From: Ranitomeya imitator
Taxonomy: Eukaryota
NCBI RefSeq assembly: GCF_032444005.1
Contig: NC_091285.1
Span: forward strand, 12,648,001 to 12,712,000
Reading direction: 5' to 3'
DNA: 64,000 bases
Position 1 is the stretch's first letter; every line of letters begins with the position of its first letter. Of this stretch, positions 22,901-34,797 are shown piece after piece. The notes beneath the pieces are model-generated. The model did no database searches, had not been told where the DNA came from, and worked only from the letters and a program-made list of their open reading frames with translations. A program made the position numbers and the translations under genes.

Positions 22901-25900
22901 TCTGCAGCCACCACTAGGGGGAGCTCCCTGTAATCAGAGATACATGATAAGATCCTGTCTGCAGCCACCACTAGGGGGAGCTCCCTGTATACAGAGATAC
23001 GTGATAAGATCCTGTCTGCAGTCACCACTAGGGGGAGCTCCCTGTATACAGAGATACATGATAAGATCCTGTCTGCAGCCACCACTAGGGGGAGCTCCCT
23101 GTATACAGAGATACATGATAAGATCCTGTCTGCAGCCACCACTAGGGGGAGCTCCCTGTATACAGAGATACATGATAAGATCCTGTCTGCAGTCACCACT
23201 AGGGGGAGCTCCCTGTATACAGAGATACATGATAAGATCCTGTCTGCAGCCACCACTAGGGGGAGCTCCCTGTATACAGAGATACATGATAAGATCATGT
23301 CTGCAGCCACCACTAGGGGGAGCTCCCTGTATACAGAGATACGTGATAAGATCCTGTCTGCAGTCACCACTAGGGGGAGCTCCCTGTATACAGAGATACA
23401 TGATAAGATCCTGTCTGCAGCCACCACTAGGGGGAGCTCCCTGTATACAGAGATACGTGATAAGATCCTGTCTGCAGCCACCACTAGGGGGAGCTCCCTG
23501 TATACAGAGATACATGATAAGATTCAGTCTGCAGCCACCACTAGGGGGAGCACCCTGTATACAGAGATACATGATAAGATCCTGTCTGCAGCCACCACTA
23601 GGGGGAGCTCAATGTATACAGAGATACATGATAAGATCCTGTCTGCAGCCACCACTAGGGGGAGCTCCCTGTATACAGAGATACATGATAAGATCCTGTC
23701 TGCAGCCACCACTAGGGGGAGCTCTCTGAATACAGAGATACATGATAACATCCTGTCTACATCCTCCACTATGAGGAGCTCCCTGTATACAGAGATACAT
23801 GATAAGATCCTGTCTGCAGCCACCACTAGGGGGAGCTCCCTGTATACAGAGATACATGATAAGATACTGTCTGCAGTCACCACTAGGGGGATCTCCCTGT
23901 ATACAGAAATACATGATAACATCCTGTCTACAGCCACCACTAGGGGGAGCTCCCTGTATACAGAGATACATGATAAGATCCTGTCTGCAGTCACCACTAG
24001 GGGGAGCTCCCTGTATACAGAGATACATGATAAGATCCTGTCTGCAGCCACCACTAGGGGGAGCTCCCTGTATACAGAGATACATGATAAGATCCTGTCT
24101 GCAGTCACCACTAGGGGGAGCTCCCTGTATACAGATATACATGATAAGATACTGTCTGCAGTCACCACTAGGGGGAGCTCCCTGTATACAGAAATACATG
24201 ATAACATCCTGTCTACAGCCACCACTAGGGGGAGCTCCCTGTATACAGAGATACATGATAACATCCTGTCTGCAGCCTCCACTATGAGGAGCTCCCTGTT
24301 TACAGAGATACATGATAAGATTCTGTCTGCAGCCACCACTAGGGGGAGCTCCCTGTATACAGAGATATATGATAAGATCCTGTCTGCATCCACCACTAGG
24401 GGGAGCTCCCTGAATACAGAGATACATGATAACATCCTGTCTACATCCTCCACTATGAGGAGCTCCCTGTATACAGAGATACATGATAAGATCCTGTCTG
24501 CAGCCACCACTAGGGGGAGCTCCCTGTATACAGATATACATGATAAGATACTGTCTGCAGTCACCACTAGGGGGATCTCCCTGTATACAGAGATTCATGA
24601 TAACATCCTGTCTACAGCCACCACTAGGGGGAGCTCCCTGTATACAGAGATACATGATAAGATCCTGTCTGCAGTCACCACTAGGGGGAGCTCCCTGTAT
24701 ACAGAGATACATGATAAGATCCTGTCTGCAGCCACCACTAGGGGGAGCTCCCTGTATACAGAGATACATGATAAGATCCTGTCTGCAGCCACCACTAGGG
24801 GGAGCTCCCTGTATACAGATATACATGATAAGATACTGTCTGCAGTCACCACTAGGGGGAGCTCCCTGTATACAGAGATACATGATAACATCCTGTCTAC
24901 AGCCACCACTAGGGGGAGCTCCCTGTATACAGAGATACATGATACGATCCTGTCTGCAGTCACCACTAGGGGGAGCTCCCTGTATACAGAGATACATGAT
25001 AACATCCTGTCTACAGCCACCACTATGGGGAGCTCCCTGTATACAGAGATACATGATAAGATTCTGTCTGCAGCCACCACTAGGGGGAGCTCCCTGTATA
25101 GAGAGATACATGATAAGATCCTGTCTGCAGCCACCACTAGGGGGAGCTCCCTATATACAGAGATACATGATAAGATCTTGTCTGCAGTCACCACTAGGGG
25201 GAGCTCCCTGTATACAGAGATACATGATAAGATCCTGTCTGCAGCCACCACTAGGGGGAGCTCCCTGTATACAGAGATACATGATAAGATCCTGTCTGCA
25301 GCCACCACTAGGGGGAGCTCCCTGTATACAGAGATACATGATAAGATCCTGTCTGCAGTCACCACTAGGGGGAGCTCCCTGTATACAGAGATACATGATA
25401 AGATCCTGTCTGCAGCCACCACTAGGGGGAGCTCCCTGTATACAGAGATACATGATAAGATCATGTCTGCAGCCACCACTAGGGGGAGCTCCCTGTATAC
25501 AGAGATACGTGATAAGATCCTGTCTGCAGCCACCACTAGGGGGAGCTCCCTGTATACAGAGATACATGATAAGATCCTGTCTGCAGCCACCACTAGGGGG
25601 AGCTCCCTGTATACAGAGATACGTGACAAGATCCTGTCTGCAGCCACCACTAGGGGGAGCACCCTGTATACAGAGATACATGATAAGATCCTGTCTGCAG
25701 CCACCACTAGGGGGAGCTCCCTGTATACAGAGATACATGATAAGATTCTGTCTGCAGCCACCACTAGGGGGAGCTCCCTGTATACAGAGATACATGATAA
25801 GATCCTGTCTGCAGCCACCACTAGGGGGAGCTCCCTATATACAGAGATACATGATAAGATCCTGTCTGCAGTCACCACTAGGGGGAGCTCCCTGTATACA

Positions 25901-28900
25901 GAGATACATGATAAGATCCTGTCTGCAGCCACCACCAGGGGGAGCTCCCTGTATACAGAGATACATGATAAGATCCTGTCTGCAGCCACCACTAGGGGGA
26001 GCTCCCTGTATACAGAGATACATGATAAGATCGTGTCTGCAGTCACCACTAGGGGGAGCTCCCTGTATACAGAGATACATGATAAGATCCTGTCTGCAGC
26101 CACCACTAGGGGGAGCTCCCTGTATACAGAGATACATGATAAGATCCTGTCTGCAGCCACCACTAGGGGGAGCTCCCTGTATACAGAGATACGTGATAAG
26201 ATCCTGTCTGCAGTCACCACTAGGGGGAGCTCCCTGTATACAGAGATACATGATAAGATCCTGTCTGCAGCCACCACTAGGGGGAGCTCCCTGTATACAG
26301 AGATACGTGATAAGATCCTGTCTGCAGCCACCACTAGGGGGAGCTCCCTGTATACAGAGATACATGATAAGATCCTGTCTGCAGTCACCACTAGGGGGAG
26401 CTCCCTGTATACAGAGATACATGATAAGATCCTGTCTGCAGCCACCACTAGGGGGAGCTCCCTGTATACAGAGATACATGATAAGATCCTGTCTGCAGTC
26501 ACCACTAGGGGGAGCTCCCTGTATACAGAGATACATGATAAGATCCTGTCTGCAGTCACCACTAGGGGGAGCTCCCTGTATACAGAGATATGTGATAAGA
26601 TCCTGTCTGCAGTCACCACTAGGGGGAGCTCCCTGTATACAGAGATACATGATAAGATCCTGTCTGCAGCCACCACTAGGGGGAGCTCCCTGTATACAGA
26701 GATACATGATAAGATCCTGTCTGCAGTCACCACTAGGGGGAGCTCCCTGTATACAGAGATACGTGATAAGATCCTGTCTGCAGCCACCACTAGGGGGAGC
26801 TCCCTGTATACAGAGATACATGATAAGATCATGTCTGCAGCCACCACTAGGGGGAGCTCCATGTATACAGAGATATGTGATAAGATCCTGTCTGCAGTCA
26901 CCACTAGGGGGAGCTCCCTGTATACAGAGATACATGATAAGATCCTGTCTGCAGCCACCACTAGGGGGAGCTCCCTGTATACAGAGATACGTGATAAGAT
27001 CCTGTCTGCAGCCACCACTAGGGGGAGCTCCCTGTATACAGAGATACATGATAAGATTCTGTCTGCAGCCACCACTAGGGGGAGCTCCCTGTATACAGAG
27101 ATACATGATAACATCCTGTCTGCATCCAACACTAGGGGGAGCTCCCTGTATACAGAGAGACATGATAACATCCTGTCTACAGCCTCCACTATGGGGAGCT
27201 CCCTGTTTACAGAGATACATGATAAGATACTGTCTGCAGTCACCACTAGGGGGAGCTCCCTGTATACAGAGATACATGATAAGATACTGTCTGCAGTCAC
27301 CACTAGGGGGAGCTCCCTGTATACAGAGATACATGATAAGATACTGTCTGCAGTCACCACTAGGGGGAGCTCCCTGTATACAGAGATACATGATAAGATC
27401 CTGTCTGCAGTCACCACTAGGGGGAGCTCCCTGTATACAGAGATACATGATAAGATCCTGTCTGCAGCCACCACTAGGGGGAGCTCCCTGTATACAGAGA
27501 TACATGATAAGATCCTGTCTGCAGCCACCACTAGGGGGAGCTCCCTGTAATCAGAGATACATGATAAGATCCTGTCTGCAGCCACCACTAGGGGGAGCTC
27601 CCTGTATACAGAGATACGTGATAAGATCCTGTCTGCAGTCACCACTAGGGGGAGCTCCCTGTATACAGAGATACATGATAAGATCCTGTCTGCAGCCACC
27701 ACTAGGGGGAGCTCCCTGTATACAGAGATACATGATAAGATCCTGTCTGCAGCCACCACTAGGGGGAGCTCCCTGTATACAGAGATACATGATAAGATCC
27801 TGTCTGCAGTCACCACTAGGGGGAGCTCCCTGTATACAGAGATACATGATAAGATCCTGTCTGCAGCCACCACTAGGGGGAGCTCCCTGTATACAGAGAT
27901 ACATGATAAGATCATGTCTGCAGCCACCACTAGGGGGAGCTCCCTGTATACAGAGATACGTGATAAGATCCTGTCTGCAGTCACCACTAGGGGGAGCTCC
28001 CTGTATACAGAGATACATGATAAGATCCTGTCTGCAGCCACCACTAGGGGGAGCTCCCTGTATACAGAGATACGTGATAAGATCCTGTCTGCAGCCACCA
28101 CTAGGGGGAGCTCCCTGTATACAGAGATACATGATAAGATTCTGTCTGCAGCCACCACTAGGGGGAGCACCCTGTATACAGAGATACATGATAAGATCCT
28201 GTCTGCAGCCACCACTAGGGGGAGCTCAATGTATACAGAGATACATGATAAGATCCTGTCTGCAGCCACCACTAGGGGGAGCTCCCTGTATACAGAGATA
28301 CATGATAAGATCCTGTCTGCAGCCACCACTAGGGGGAGCTCTCTGAATACAGAGATACATGATAACATCCTGTCTACATCCTCCACTATGAGGAGCTCCC
28401 TGTATACAGAGATACATGATAAGATCCTGTCTGCAGCCACCACTAGGGGGAGCTCCCTGTATACAGAGATACATGATAAGATCCTGTCTGCAGTCACCAC
28501 TAGGGGGAGCTCCCTGTATACAGAGATACATGATAAGATCCTGTCTGCAGCCACCACTAGGGGGAGCTCCCTGTATACAGATATACATGATAAGATACTG
28601 TCTGCAGTCACCACTAGGGGGAGCTCCCTGTATACAGAGATACATGATAACATCCTGTCTACAGCCACCACTAGGGGGAGCTCCCTGTATACAGAGATAC
28701 ATGATAACATCCTGTCTGCAGCCTCCACTAGGGGGAGCTCCCTGTATACAGAGATATATGATAAGATCCTGTCTGCATCCACCACTAGGGGGAGCTCCCT
28801 GAATACAGAGATACATCATAACATCCTGTCTATATCCTCCACTATGAGGAGCTCCCTGTATACAGAGATACATGATAAGATCCTGTCTGCAGCCACCACT

Positions 28901-31375
28901 AGGGGGAGCTCCCTGTATACAGATATACATGATAAGATACTGTCTGCAGTCACCACTAGGGGGATCTCCCTGTATACAGAGATTCATGATAACATCCTGT
29001 CTACAGCCACCACTAGGGGGAGCTCCCTGTATACAGAGATACATGATAAGATCCTGTCTGCAGTCACCACTAGGGGGAGCTCCCTGTATACAGAGATACA
29101 TGATAAGATCCTGTCTGCAGCCACCACTAGGGGGAGCTCCCTGTATACAGAGATACATGATAAGATCCTGTCTGCAGCCACCACTAGGGGGAGCTCCCTG
29201 TATACAGATATACATGATAAGATACTGTCTGCAGTCACCACTAGGGGGAGCTCCCTGTATACAGAGATACATGATAACATCCTGTCTACAGCCACCACTA
29301 GGGGGAGCTCCCTGTATACAGAGATACATGATAAGATCCTGTCTGCAGTCACCACTAGGGGGAGCTCCCTGTATACAGAGATACATGATAAGATCCTGTC
29401 TGCAGCCACCACTAGGGGGAGCTCCCTGTATACAGAGATACATGATAAGATCCTGTCTGCAGTCACCACTAGGGGGAGCTCCCTGTATACAGATATACAT
29501 GATAAGATACTGTCTGCAGTCACCACTAGGGGGAGCTCCCTGTATACAGAGATACATGATAACATCCTGTCTACAGCCACCACTAGGGGGAGCTCCCTGT
29601 ATACAGAGATACATGATAAGATCCTGTCTGCAGTCACCACTAGGGGGAGCTCCCTGTATACAGAGATACATGATAACATCCTGTCTACAGCCACCACTAG
29701 GGGGATCTCCCTGTATACAGAGATTCATGATAACATCCTGTCTACAGCCACCACTAGGGGGAGCTCCCTGTATACAGAGATACATGATAAGATCCTGTCT
29801 GCAGTCACCACTAGGGGGAGCTCCCTGTATACAGAGATACATGATAAGATCCTGTCTGCAGTCACCACTAGGGGGAGCTCCCTGTATACAGAGATACATG
29901 ATAACATCCTGTCTACAGCCACCACTATGGGGAGCTCCCTGTATACAGAGATACATGATAAGATTCTGTCTGCAGCCACCACTAGGGGGAGCTCCCTGTA
30001 TAGAGAGATACATGATAAGATCCTGTCTGCAGCCACCACTAGGGGGAGCTCCCTATATACAGAGATACATGATAAGATCTTGTCTGCAGTCACCACTAGG
30101 GGGAGCTCCCTGTATACAGAGATACATGATAAGATCCTGTCTGCAGCCACCACTAGGGGGAGCTCCCTGTATACAGAGATACATGATAAGATCCTGTCTG
30201 CAGTCACCACTAGGGGGAGCTCCCTGTATACAGAGATACATGATAAGATCCTGTCTGCAGCCACCACTAGGGGGAGCTCCCTGTATACAGAGATACATGA
30301 TAAGATCATGTCTGCAGCCACCACTAGGGGGAGCTCCCTGTATACAGAGATACATGATAAGATCCTGTCTGCAGCCACCACTAGGGGGAGCTCCCTGTAT
30401 ACAGAGATACGTGATAAGATCCTGTCTGCAGCCACCACTAGGGGGAGCACCCTGTATACAGAGATACATGATAAGATCCTGTCTGCAGCCACCACTAGGG
30501 GGAGCTCCCTGTATACAGAGATACATGATAAGATTCTGTCTGCAGCCACCACTAGGGGGAGCTCCCTGTATACAGAGATACATGATAAGATCCTGTCTGC
30601 AGCCACCACTAGGGGGAGCTCCCTATATACAGAGATACATGATAAGATCCTGTCTGCAGTCACCACTAGGGGGAGCTCCCTGTATACAGAGATACATGAT
30701 AAGATCCTCTCTGCAGCCACCACCAGGGGGAGCTCCCTGTATACAGAGATACATGATAAGATCCTGTCTGCAGCCACCACTAGGGGGAGCTCCCTGTATA
30801 CAGAGATACATGATAAGATCGTGTCTGCAGTCACCATTAGGGGGAGCTCCCTGTATACAGAGATACATGATAAGATCCTGTCTGCAGCCACCACTAGGGG
30901 GAGCTCCCTGTATACAGAGATACATGATAAGATCCTGTCTGCAGCCACCACTAGGGGGAGCTCCCTGTATACAGAGATACGTGATAAGATCCTGTCTGCA
31001 GTCACCACTAGGGGGAGCTCCCTGTATACAGAGATACATGATAAGATTCTGTCTGCAGCCACCACTAGGGGGAGCTCCCTGTATACAGAGATACGTGATA
31101 AGATCCTGTCTGCAGCCACCACTAGGGGGAGCTCCCTGTATACAGAGATACATGATAAGATTCTGTCTGCAGCCACCACTAGGGGGAGCACCCTGTATAC
31201 AGAGATACATGATAAGATCCTGTCTGCAGCCACCACTAGGGGGAGCTCCCTGTATACAGAGATACATGATAAGATCCTGTCTGCAGCCACCACTAGGGGG
31301 AGCTCCCTGTATACAGAGATACATGATAAGATCCTGTTTGCAGCCACCACTAGGGGGAGCTCCCTGTATACAGAG
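16917..31375 (+). repeat. 57-bp minisatellite array 1 (~253 units)
   Basis: Unit CTGTATACAGAGATACATGATAAGATCCTGTCTGCAG(C/T)CACCACTAGGGGGAGCTCC; 14.46 kb divided by 57. Confidence 0.99.
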
Positions 31376-31571
31376 CTGCTGAGCCCATTGATTGGCTGCA
31401 GTGCTGCAGACAATAATGCACGTAGTTCATCCCTAGATTTTGCATCAGAGCCGAGACTGGCAGTGACACCTGCTCCTTCTTCCTGAAGATGCTCAGGACC
31501 CTTTCATCCAGCTCCTTGGTGTCTCACATTGTATCAGTGCAGATCAGATAATTAGCTATATATATATAAAG

Positions 31572-31717
31572 TACGGAGGCGCAGTGGTTAGCACAGCAGC
31601 CTTGCAGCGCTGGTATCCTGAGTTCAAACCCCACCATTGGCAACATCTGCAAGGAGTTTGTATGTTCTCCCTGTGTTTGTGTGGGTTTCCTCCGGGTTCT
31701 CCGGTTTCCTCCCGCAT
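31572..31717 (+). mobile_element. tRNA-derived SINE, V-SINE type (partial)
   Basis: A-box-like GCAGTGGTTAGC, B-box-like GAGTTCAAACC, then V-domain-like GGAGTTTGTATGTTCTCCCTGTGTTTGTGTGGGTTTCCTCCGGGTTCTCCGGTTTCCTCCC. Confidence 0.85.
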
Positions 31718-32189
31718 AGTGATAGGGGAGGAGCTTATGACTACAATATAGAACACCCTTGTGCAACGCTGGATATTACTGAGATAATAAGTTAATATTT
31801 GTTCCTCAACATTGAAATTCCAACACTATGAAGAACAAGCTGTAAGTTTATGCAAATTGATGAAATAGCACGTGAACAATTTTTTAATCACCTGTGACAT
31901 TTGGGGGGAGGCGTAAAAGCTAGATTCAAATTTTTTTAGCAACATGAGAGTCAGAAATCTGATCACGTCTGTGGGAGGATCGTGTGATGCCTCCTGGTTG
32001 TCCAGGTATCATTTATCACCACTGGTCTTACCCTTAGAGGCTGAGAATTCTGATGCTGAGGCAGCTCAGTTTATGGCATGAGATGTGGAACTGTGCAACG
32101 TTGTGTGTCCCAGAGGTCTGGAGAACATTGATGATCTGGAATGACAGGAAGAGGGATCGTCCGATTAGAAGAATGGCGCAGTAGCGTTA

Positions 32190-32400
32190 GTCACATACCA
32201 AACCTGAGGCGTCTAATAGTTTCTACACAAAGCGTAAGAAGGCGTCTGCCCGACACTGGCCTCCCACCAAGACATCAGTGGAGGCTGGAATGGAGGTCTG
32301 TCCTCATCAGTGATGAGTCCCAAGATGGCTGGAGATTGGTCTGGAGACCACATGGGCAACACCATGAAGATGCCTTCACGAGACCAGAATAGTCGCAATA
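32190..32400 (+). mobile_element. Decayed Tc1-like transposase fragment
   Basis: SVRRRLPDTGL...WRSVLISDES..DGWRLVWR resembles the Tc1 segment around the first catalytic Asp (W..VLFSDES). Confidence 0.55.
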
Positions 32401-32946
32401 AATGTTGGCAAATAAGCAAAAGCCAATGAAAAACACATTTGTGGGTCTGAAAATCCAAAATTACAAGGTTGATGTCTACGCAGAATGGAGGTCCACGAGA
32501 CGTGTACGTTTGTAGACGAAGATTTATCTCGCCCCCGTTTCACCCATTCAGGGCTGAACATCTTCCACTGGCCGGATCCTTCGGGACACAATCAGCAGGA
32601 AAGGAAGATCGTCCCTTAGTTGTGGTTGTCGTAAACAAGATCCGTCGCGGCTCTTATTATTGTTGTGTTTGGCGCTCGGAGACATTTCTGGGGCGTTGAC
32701 GCCTCGGGTGGGTCCAGATTTTAATATCACATCTTGGTTTCTCATCTCGAGTCTTTGTCCTTTCGTTTCTCTGCGGCAACAAACATGTTTTGTTTTTCTT
32801 GTCTGTTCTGTTTCTTGGGACACAAAAACAAAGGACGGGAAGCGCCAATCCCATGTTCTTCTGTCCAAAACGGAACAAAATGGACGGAACGAAGCAGAGG
32901 AGCGAATTGAAAACAACATTGGGATTTATATCTATGTGTATTGCAC

Positions 32947-33013
32947 TCAGTGTCAAGCAGCTGCCGCAAAAGCAAACATAATTTTTGGGTTTGTTAACAA
33001 AATATCAATATGA
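32947..33013 (+). mobile_element. CR1 LINE ORF2 fragment
   Basis: QCQAAAAKANIIFG resembles the CR1 post-RT motif QC..AA.KAN..LG. Confidence 0.55.
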
Positions 33014-33654
33014 GAAACAGGTTTTGCCAGGTTCCAGGGTTCTGGCAAAGGAACGTTAAAGCTCTTTTACACGGGCGCTAATCGAATGAATGAGAGCTTG
33101 GAGGATCATGCAACAACGGAAAAAAATAATGTTGCTTATCGACCGATCGCAACTTTCATGCAGCCTAAAAAGTAAGCAATGTCTGCAGAAATGATGCAAA
33201 CTGTATGGGGACCAAACTATCATTATTACACCTGTTTGGTCGGCTCATGTAAAAGGGACTTTAAACCAGCTCTGTTATAACTGCAGCGTGGCACAACCGT
33301 CCCTTTATGACTCCCAATGGGCTGCTCTAATGTAAGTGCGCCACGCCTAATGATGCCCTTACAGCTTCTCGACCTCGTGCTATATATATATAAATAATAA
33401 TAATAATAATATTCCATCACTAGCAGCGCCCTCTCCTGGCTGATTGACAGGTCACTCGCTCGGGTGAACGAAAAATCAGCCAAGTATGGGTGCTGCAAAG
33501 GAGGAAATACTTCCAATACTTCAGCAGCATTTTTGGGGGTCATAAAGGGATTGATTTTGTTTTTCAATGGCTACAAAGTTGTATAAATTATTTGAGAGAG
33601 ATAATGTTTCTGGCAGGTTCCATTTAAAATGATGTAATTGTTCTGCATTACTCC

Positions 33655-34262
33655 TAGCTGCCACTAGGTGGCGTTACACTATATTTAATATTCTTACTGT
33701 GCTTCCTGCAGATGACACTAGATGGCAGTGCACTGTAAAGATTATTTCTATTATTTCCCTGCAGTGGACACTATTATTATTATTATTATCATTTATTTAT
33801 ATAGCGCCATTAATTCCATGGTGCTGTACATGAGAAAAGGGGTTATGTACAGGGTTATAGATAACACTAGATAGAAGCGCACTACATAGATTATTCCTAT
33901 TATTTCCCTGTAGTGGACACTAGATGGCAGCGCACTCTATAGATTATTCCTAATTTTTCCATGCAGTGGCCACTAGATGGCAGTGCACTATATAGATTAT
34001 TCTTATTGTATTCTCTGCAGCCGCCACTAGATGGCAGCGCACTATATAGATTATTCTTATTGTATTCTCTGCAGCCGCCACTAGATGGCACCGCACTATA
34101 TAGATTTTTCTTATTGTATTCTCTGCAGCCGCCACTAGATGGCAGTGCACTATATAGATTTTTCTTATTGTATTCTCTGCAGCCGCCACTAGATGGCACC
34201 GCTATAGTGCATATTCTTCCTGCATTGCCTGCAGCCGCCACTAGATGGCACCGCACTACATT
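33655..34262 (+). repeat. 54-bp tandem array carrying CTCF consensus motifs
   Basis: CCACTAGATGGC at 34024, 34078, 34132, 34186 (54-bp period) and 34238; more diverged copies at ~33661, 33715, 33917 and 33969. Confidence 0.92.
33772..33845 (-). mobile_element. L2-clade LINE 3' tail
   Basis: (ATT)n followed by TATAGCGCCATTAATTCCATGG; same terminus as the L2 at 61530; interrupts the 54-bp array. Confidence 0.7.
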
Positions 34263-34754
34263 GAATATCACATTCTGTTTCTTTCCTCTCCTGCAGTCAG
34301 ATTTATGTGCAGGGAGAAGATGATCCAGAATGTACAGATTACATACCATGGCAACAGACAGAACAATTTATCACACAATATCCCAAACCTCCATCCTAAG
34401 GCTGAATACAAAAAGCCATAAACACAATATAATCAAGGAAAACCTACAAATATGTGCAAAGCTCAATAGAGAAAAATGTATATTGTCACTGACCAATAAT
34501 TAAATCCCATCAATGAACATATACAATGTCAGACGTAAATGGACAACAGGATGAGCGATAAAACCAACCTAGTAAGGATTGCACTTAATATTCAACAATG
34601 GTACAAATTTATATATCTGTGTCGAAAAGGCGTACTAAGAAAAAACATCAACGAGCCCCAAATAAACAATGTATAGGAAAAGACGAGAGCAAAATCCGCA
34701 CATGATAGAGTTCATACACTGTGATGTTGATAGTCGCTCGCTTAGAAGGAAAAA

Positions 34755-34797
34755 AAAAATCTACGCGCGTTTCGCATCTAGCTTCATCAGGGGTTCA
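34755..34797 (-). ncRNA. Penelope-type hammerhead motif with weak stem I
   Basis: Minus strand reads CTGATGA-A-GC-TAGAT-GC-GAAA-CGCGCG-TA. Core intact and stem III palindromic (ACGCGCGT), but stem I is largely unpaired. Confidence 0.55.

Noticed and set aside
16917-31375. CRISPR-like repeat array
   Set aside because: Head-to-tail identical units with no unique spacers, no cas genes, and a vertebrate context.
16902-31486. Giant ORFs up to 1727 aa (MIRSCLQPPLGGAPCIQRY, HDKILSAATTRGSSLYTEI, VVAADRILSCISVYRELPL and MYLCIQGAPPSGGCRQDLI repeats)
   Set aside because: The 57-bp unit is 19 codons and lacks stops in four of six frames, so ORFs appear on both strands at once. Unit variants introduce stops and frameshifts freely. 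Not genes; the same applies to arrays 2 and 3.
31572-31640. tRNA gene
   Set aside because: A and B boxes are present but there is no cloverleaf, and it continues into a V-SINE core.
16917-34262. CTGCAG as the CTCF upstream (ZF9-11) motif
   Set aside because: It lies only 3 bp before the CCAC core, closer than the spacing recalled for the upstream module, so it is not claimed as such.
33900-34349. ORFs over the 54-bp array
   Set aside because: 18-codon repeat artefacts on both strands.
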